Positions 59,281 through 64,000 of a stretch of 64,000 bases of DNA are shown here, one piece after another. Below the pieces are notes generated by a model that was not told the DNA's origin, ran no database searches, and was given only the letters and a program-made list of their open reading frames with translations. The position numbers and the translations under genes were made by a program. The DNA is from Blastocladiella emersonii ATCC 22665 (Eukaryota > Fungi > Blastocladiomycota): positions 1,054,001-1,118,000 of the forward strand of contig JANHCV010000001.1 of the NCBI GenBank assembly GCA_025594325.1. The letters are read 5' to 3'. Every line of letters begins with the position of its first letter. The stretch's first letter is position 1.

Positions 59281-59886
59281 ATTTTGGTTGTGGTTAGTGC
59301 TCGAGCGCAAGGCATTTCTTATTCTTTCATTCATTTTGCGGCGCTGGGGCCAGCGTGGGGCCACCCGTTTCAGGACGCGAGCGAGCGCGCGTCGCTGTTT
59401 CGGATCAGCGTGCGAGGCACGGCCCACCAGCTCGGGATTCCGCAACTCCCGCCTTGTCCTCGACCGCCGACGCCGCCGACGCTGCTCTCAAACAACGGCC
59501 ATGATGAGAGAACCCTCGGGCGAGCCTGCGAGGGTGGCGAAGTGCGACGCCCACCAAGACGCCCACCCAAGCTCGATTCGCACAAGGGCGGCGGCGGTGG
59601 GCGGCGGCCCCGAGCTGTTGCACAACTTACAGGACCGGTGCGCGTGAAAATACGACCCGACACCAGTCGCACGGCGGCGGCCCCGGCCAAGTTCATCCAC
59701 GCCCGCTGACGCCCTGTCGGCCCGGAGCCGGGGCGTACAAATACGGCGGCGCGCCCTCCTCTCTCTCCCCGACCTGGTGCAGTGCCCCTCGCCCGCTAGA
59801 CTAGACGACTTTTAGAGTATGACGATGCATCGACACCGAGCTGCCCTTGCGAGCCGAGTGCTGATCGACGCCGTGATCCTGTAGCG

Positions 59887-60789
59887 ATGAACACGCGCCT
59901 GATCCCGTTCCTGGCCGTCGTCCTCGCCGTCCTCGCGGCGTGCGCGTCGGCTGCGCCCGTGACCCCCTCGGCTGCCGCCGTCGCCCTCGACAAGCGCGGG
60001 CCCAAGACCTGGTTCGACAGCAAGATCATCAACCCGATCGTCGACAAGCGCGTGCAGCCCGTGCTGAAGACGACCATCGACGCGGCCGTCGAGGCGGCCA
60101 AGCCCGCCATCATCGGCGAGATGCCCAAGGTGTTCCGCCAGACGTTCGCCGAGGTGCTCGGGGTCGCGCCCATCGTCGACAACGTGCCCAAGTGCGGCTG
60201 GTTCCAGCCCCTGTGTAACGCCGTGATCCGCCCGCTCGACAAGCTCGTCGACGGCATCAAGCTCAAGGCCAAGACCGAGCTCAACCTGCTCCTCGAGGAC
60301 TCCAAGAAGCACTGCACCGCCGCCGCCATCAAGGGCATCAAGAAGCAGCTGTACCTCTCGGACGAGTCCAAGGCCGCCCTCGACAAGCGCGGGCTCAAGG
60401 ACTGGTACCACACCAAGGTCAACTCGTTCATGCGCGGCGTCATGACCGAGCTGCGCGCCGAGATCCACGTCATCGTCACCGAGATGTCGCAGCGCTACAT
60501 CGGCAAGCTCCCCGGCTTTATCCAGGAGGGCGTCAACACCTTCCTCCCCGACTCGCTCAAGACCCCCGTGCCCCAGCACATTGTCGGCAAGCGCGGCGTC
60601 CTCGACGCCATCCGCGCCAAGATCGAGGACTGGGAGAAGGCCATTGTCGCCGCCATCAAGGACCAGGTCGAGGACGCCATCATGGGCCTCGAGGACCAGC
60701 TTATGACCACCATCACCACCTCGACCCGCAAGGCCGTCGCCGACGCCCTCCCGTTCTACGACGAGGCTGACGCCAAGTTCAAGAACTGA
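59887..60789 (+). CDS. Secreted helical precursor protein with repeated Lys-Arg processing sites
   Basis: Signal peptide MNTRLIPFLAVVLAVLAACASA; LDKR|GPKTWF, VDKR|VQP, LDKR|GLKDWY and VGKR|GVLDAI. Intronless, with very strong codon bias. Confidence 0.85.
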   Translation: MNTRLIPFLAVVLAVLAACASAAPVTPSAAAVALDKRGPKTWFDSKIINPIVDKRVQPVLKTTIDAAVEAAKPAIIGEMPKVFRQTFAEVLGVAPIVDNVPKCGWFQPLCNAVIRPLDKLVDGIKLKAKTELNLLLEDSKKHCTAAAIKGIKKQLYLSDESKAALDKRGLKDWYHTKVNSFMRGVMTELRAEIHVIVTEMSQRYIGKLPGFIQEGVNTFLPDSLKTPVPQHIVGKRGVLDAIRAKIEDWEKAIVAAIKDQVEDAIMGLEDQLMTTITTSTRKAVADALPFYDEADAKFKN

Positions 60790-60878
60790 GCGAGCTCGCT
60801 CACGCAGCCTGCAGCGCTCCGTGTCCTGTGCTCGGTCGGTTCAACTAGAATAGATTGTATTGCCCCTCCCAAACATCA

Positions 60879-63353
60879 TCACGGCGATATCCGCGTCAGC
60901 GGGATCGGATCCGCCCCGCCCATGGCCGGCGTTGACATGGCCACCTGGCTCTCGCCTGCGGCCACGCGCTGCGCTCCGCGCGCCCGCATGCGGCGGCGCT
61001 GGACCAGCGCGGCGGCCGCCACAATCCCGATCCCGGCCACGCCGCCCAGCGCGCCGCCGACCACCGCAGTCGTCGGAGCGCCCGTGCCAGCCGCGCCTTG
61101 AGCGTCGCCGCCGCCGCCAGTCCCCGTTGGTGTTGGACTAGCCCCCGGTCCCGACCGCGTGAAGTTACCCTCGCGCGCGAACTCGCCGTTCTCCGACCCG
61201 ATGTGTCCGTGGACCTCGAGCTGCCACGCCGTGAGCGTGCCGTTCCCGCCGTCCTTGTTCTCCATGTCCGTGACAATCAGCGACCACGTCCCGCGCACCG
61301 GCTCGCCCCAGTGTTTCGGCGACGTGAACGCCCACCCGACCAGCCCGTCGCTGCTCGTGTCGAGCGGCCGCGGCGCCGCCAGCCACGAGTACACGCCGCG
61401 CGGGCTACGCAGTGCCACGGCGAGCTGCCCGCGCGACGGGTGGCTCAGCCAGACGCGCGCCGCGACACGCTCGACGACCAGGTCGTGCGTCGCGTTCGCG
61501 CCCGACCACGCTGCTGTCACGTTCGACGTCGCGTTCAGCGACGAGTACCGGATCGCCGCCGGCAGCGTGGCCGCGCTGGCCGTCGCCGTGTACGTGACGA
61601 GCGGCGGGATCAGCTGGTGCACCCGTGCGACCTGTACGGCGCGCGCCGCGTCGGCTCGGCCGTACCCGTAGTACTCGGAGTGCAGCAGGCCTGATGGAAC
61701 GGTGTCCCACGCCATGTTCGGGTCGGCCGTGTTCACCGGGACCGCGCTCTTGCGCAGCACGTCCTGCACGTCGCGCCATGTGAGCTCGGGACTACGATGG
61801 CGAGGGTTAATGGTCGGTCGTGTAGTAGGTGAGAAAGACGTTCAGCTGTACCGAACGGAGAGCATCAAGGCAACGATGCCCGAGACGACGGGTGCGGCGG
61901 CCGAGGTCCCGCTGTGGTCGCCGGTACACTGGTCGTTACGGTCTATGGTGGTCTACGGTCGAGAGTGTCGTCAGCTTTGAGGATGAGATGCAGGAAGCAC
62001 AGGTCCGTACAATCCCGAGGTCAACGCCGGACGAATACGCTACGACCATGTGCGCGGCGCAATGCTCGCCGTACCACGCAATCTCGTTCGTGTGGTCGAC
62101 GGCGCCGACAGAGATGGTCCACAGGCTATTGGCGAAGCCGTCGTAGTCTACATGAGCGCTCGTCAGCACCGACCAATAGCGCATGATGACGAGTCCAGAA
62201 CGTACTGCAATCATCACCGTTCCATCCGCCGTTACCCGACGCAAACACGTAGACGCTGCCCTTGCCGCCGCGCCCGCGGGCCACGCCGTTCTGCATCGCC
62301 GCGTTCGTGATGCTCGAGGGGGCCTCGACCGTGGCGCCGTCGTCGGTCGGTCCGAACGAGCACGAGTAGATGGCGTTGGTCTGGTACGCGTAGTTGAACG
62401 CGGCCGCCTCGTCGGCCGTCGTCACGGGCCCGCCGAGGAGCCGCACGCCCGAGAGCTTGGCGTCGTACGCGATCCCGACGCCGCACGACGTGTTGTTCGC
62501 CGAGGCCGTGATCTCGCCCGCGCACCGCGTCCCATGCGAGTCGGTGCCGCCGGGGAACGGGAGGGCCGTCTGGCTGTTGAAATCGTACGAGCCGGCGGCA
62601 TACTACACGCGGTCATGGGTCAGCGCAACCTGACGGGATGCGTCGCAACGCGTGAGATCGTACGAAACTGGCCCTGAGGTCAGTGTGGTTATATTCGACG
62701 CCGTCATCGACCACGGCCACCGTCACGTTCTTGCCGGTGACGCCCTGTGCCCACACCGAGAGCACCGAAATATCGTTCCCCGGCGTCGTCGTGTTGTTGA
62801 GGTGCCACTGTGCCGTCCACAGCGGGTCCGTGTACGCGACGTAGCCGCGCGGCTTGAACGGCATCCGCCGCTCGAGCGGCCGCCAGTCGGACGCCCTGCT
62901 GAAGTCGATGGCGGCATCGCGCTTGCTCCGCTCGGTGGCCCCCGACTGCCCGCGGCGCGCGAGCCGCGCGAGGTCGGGCGCGTCGAGGTGGGCGGGCACA
63001 GCGAGCAGGTACACGTTGTCGAGCTCGCCGACGTGGCCGAGCACCGTCGAGCCAGGGATGCGCGCGGCGAGCGCGCGCACGTCGTCGCCGCTGTCCAGAG
63101 TCACGGTCACGTAGTGCAGACCGGGCGTCGCCGCGCTTTTCTTGGCTGACGCAGCAGCGACCTGCGCGCCGCCGTGGTAGTCGAGCGGGGGCAGGGCGTT
63201 GCGGCGGAACGATTGTGATAGAGCGGTGGGTTCCATCAATGCGGGAGTGATGGCCATGGGATCACCGTGAACTGGTCCCGCCGTCAGCAGAGCTGCGAGG
63301 GTGGCGATGACGGCCGTGGCCGCCATGCGGCTTAGATGCGAGTGTGGTGACAT
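60879..63353 (-). CDS. Kexin/furin-family proprotein convertase (S8B) with P domain and TM anchor; 5 exons
   Basis: Signal peptide and prodomain; DPLWTAQWHL, VVDDGVEYNH (Asp), DSHGTRCAGEI (His), CSFGPTDDG, FASGNGG (Asn) and GTSAAAPVVSG (Ser), then LTWRDVQ, a P domain (PSRGQL..WGEPVRGTWSL) and a C-terminal TM. Confidence 0.95.
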
Positions 63354-64000
63354 TCTATGATAGTTCTATGAGTGCATTGATCCGTTGATTCATGCAGCAT
63401 GAAGAGACGCAACAGACCAGCGGCTGCAAGCACGGCAAAGAAACGCGTCCACGAACGCGCCCCCAAGATCCGCGTGACCCGCACGTGATGTCTCACGTCA
63501 CGCGTCGGTGCGAGACATTCGTGGTTCGTCGTCTCGCGAATCCACCAAAATTAAATCACGCAACACGCGTGCTTGGTCGAGACCAGCGAATCCAGTGGGC
63601 ATAATTATCCACCAGTCTCCCACGATGGCGCCCGCTGCCAGTCGGTGAGGGGCTCGCACACATATCGACCTTTCCGTCGGGTCTCCGGCGGCTTGCACTC
63701 GATAATGAATTCAGGAGACTGAAGCGCAGTAGCTCTCGCTCTCCCTGGACTTAACACATACCCTTGCAATGAAAGCAACCGCTTCGAACCCGAATATCGG
63801 GCCCGCCCCGGCCCAGCGCCCGCGAGCTGGCAGCTCCGTGGGCATTAACATCGGCGTCCCGGCGGCCGCCGCCGCCAAGTACCGCGCGGTCGACGAGGGC
63901 GTCAAGGGCCATCGTCGCTCGCCGCGGACCACGCGCCGTGAGGTCTTCCGCGTCACGGCCGGCGGCGCCGCGCGAGTGTCCGTCATCGTGGCCCTCGCTC

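Noticed and set aside
1-64000. CRISPR arrays, rRNA or tRNA genes
   Set aside because: No regularly spaced repeats, rRNA-like segments or cloverleaf with A/B boxes were seen. Only short tandem repeats occur, e.g. (GCGGTGA)3 at about 8995 and (CCCCGTCT)3 at about 41194.

Overview
This is a gene-dense, very GC-rich eukaryotic window with short (about 57-77 nt) GT-AG introns, mostly GTACGY/GTGCGT donors and CTAAC/CTGAC branch sites. Fungal housekeeping genes (Rcf2, Irc3, Psd2, Cab5, Mam33, Kex2-like) occur with animal-like retained families (SLBP, TMEM38, GLTSCR1, MFSD1). By inference this is an early-diverging fungus, possibly Blastocladiomycota-like. About 24 intact protein-coding genes can be assembled by hand splicing; most long antisense or alternative-frame ORFs in the track are GC/codon-bias shadows. 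An accessory island at about 7.4-22 kb holds a secreted subtilisin, a near-perfect 1,726-bp inverted duplication (8644-10369 / 12476-14201) around an intronless bacterial-type csaA gene, gene relics, a ZIP transporter, a P450 and two tandem P-element/THAP9-like transposase genes. Each transposase has a homologous intron, one disabling lesion and an altered catalytic Glu. The top candidate for a new system is at 59.9-63.4 kb: a secreted precursor cut by repeated Lys-Arg|Gly sites into Trp-led amphipathic helical modules, tail-to-tail (89 bp gap) with a kexin-family convertase whose cytosolic tail has no obvious TGN-retrieval signal. All family assignments come from motif recognition, not database searches.
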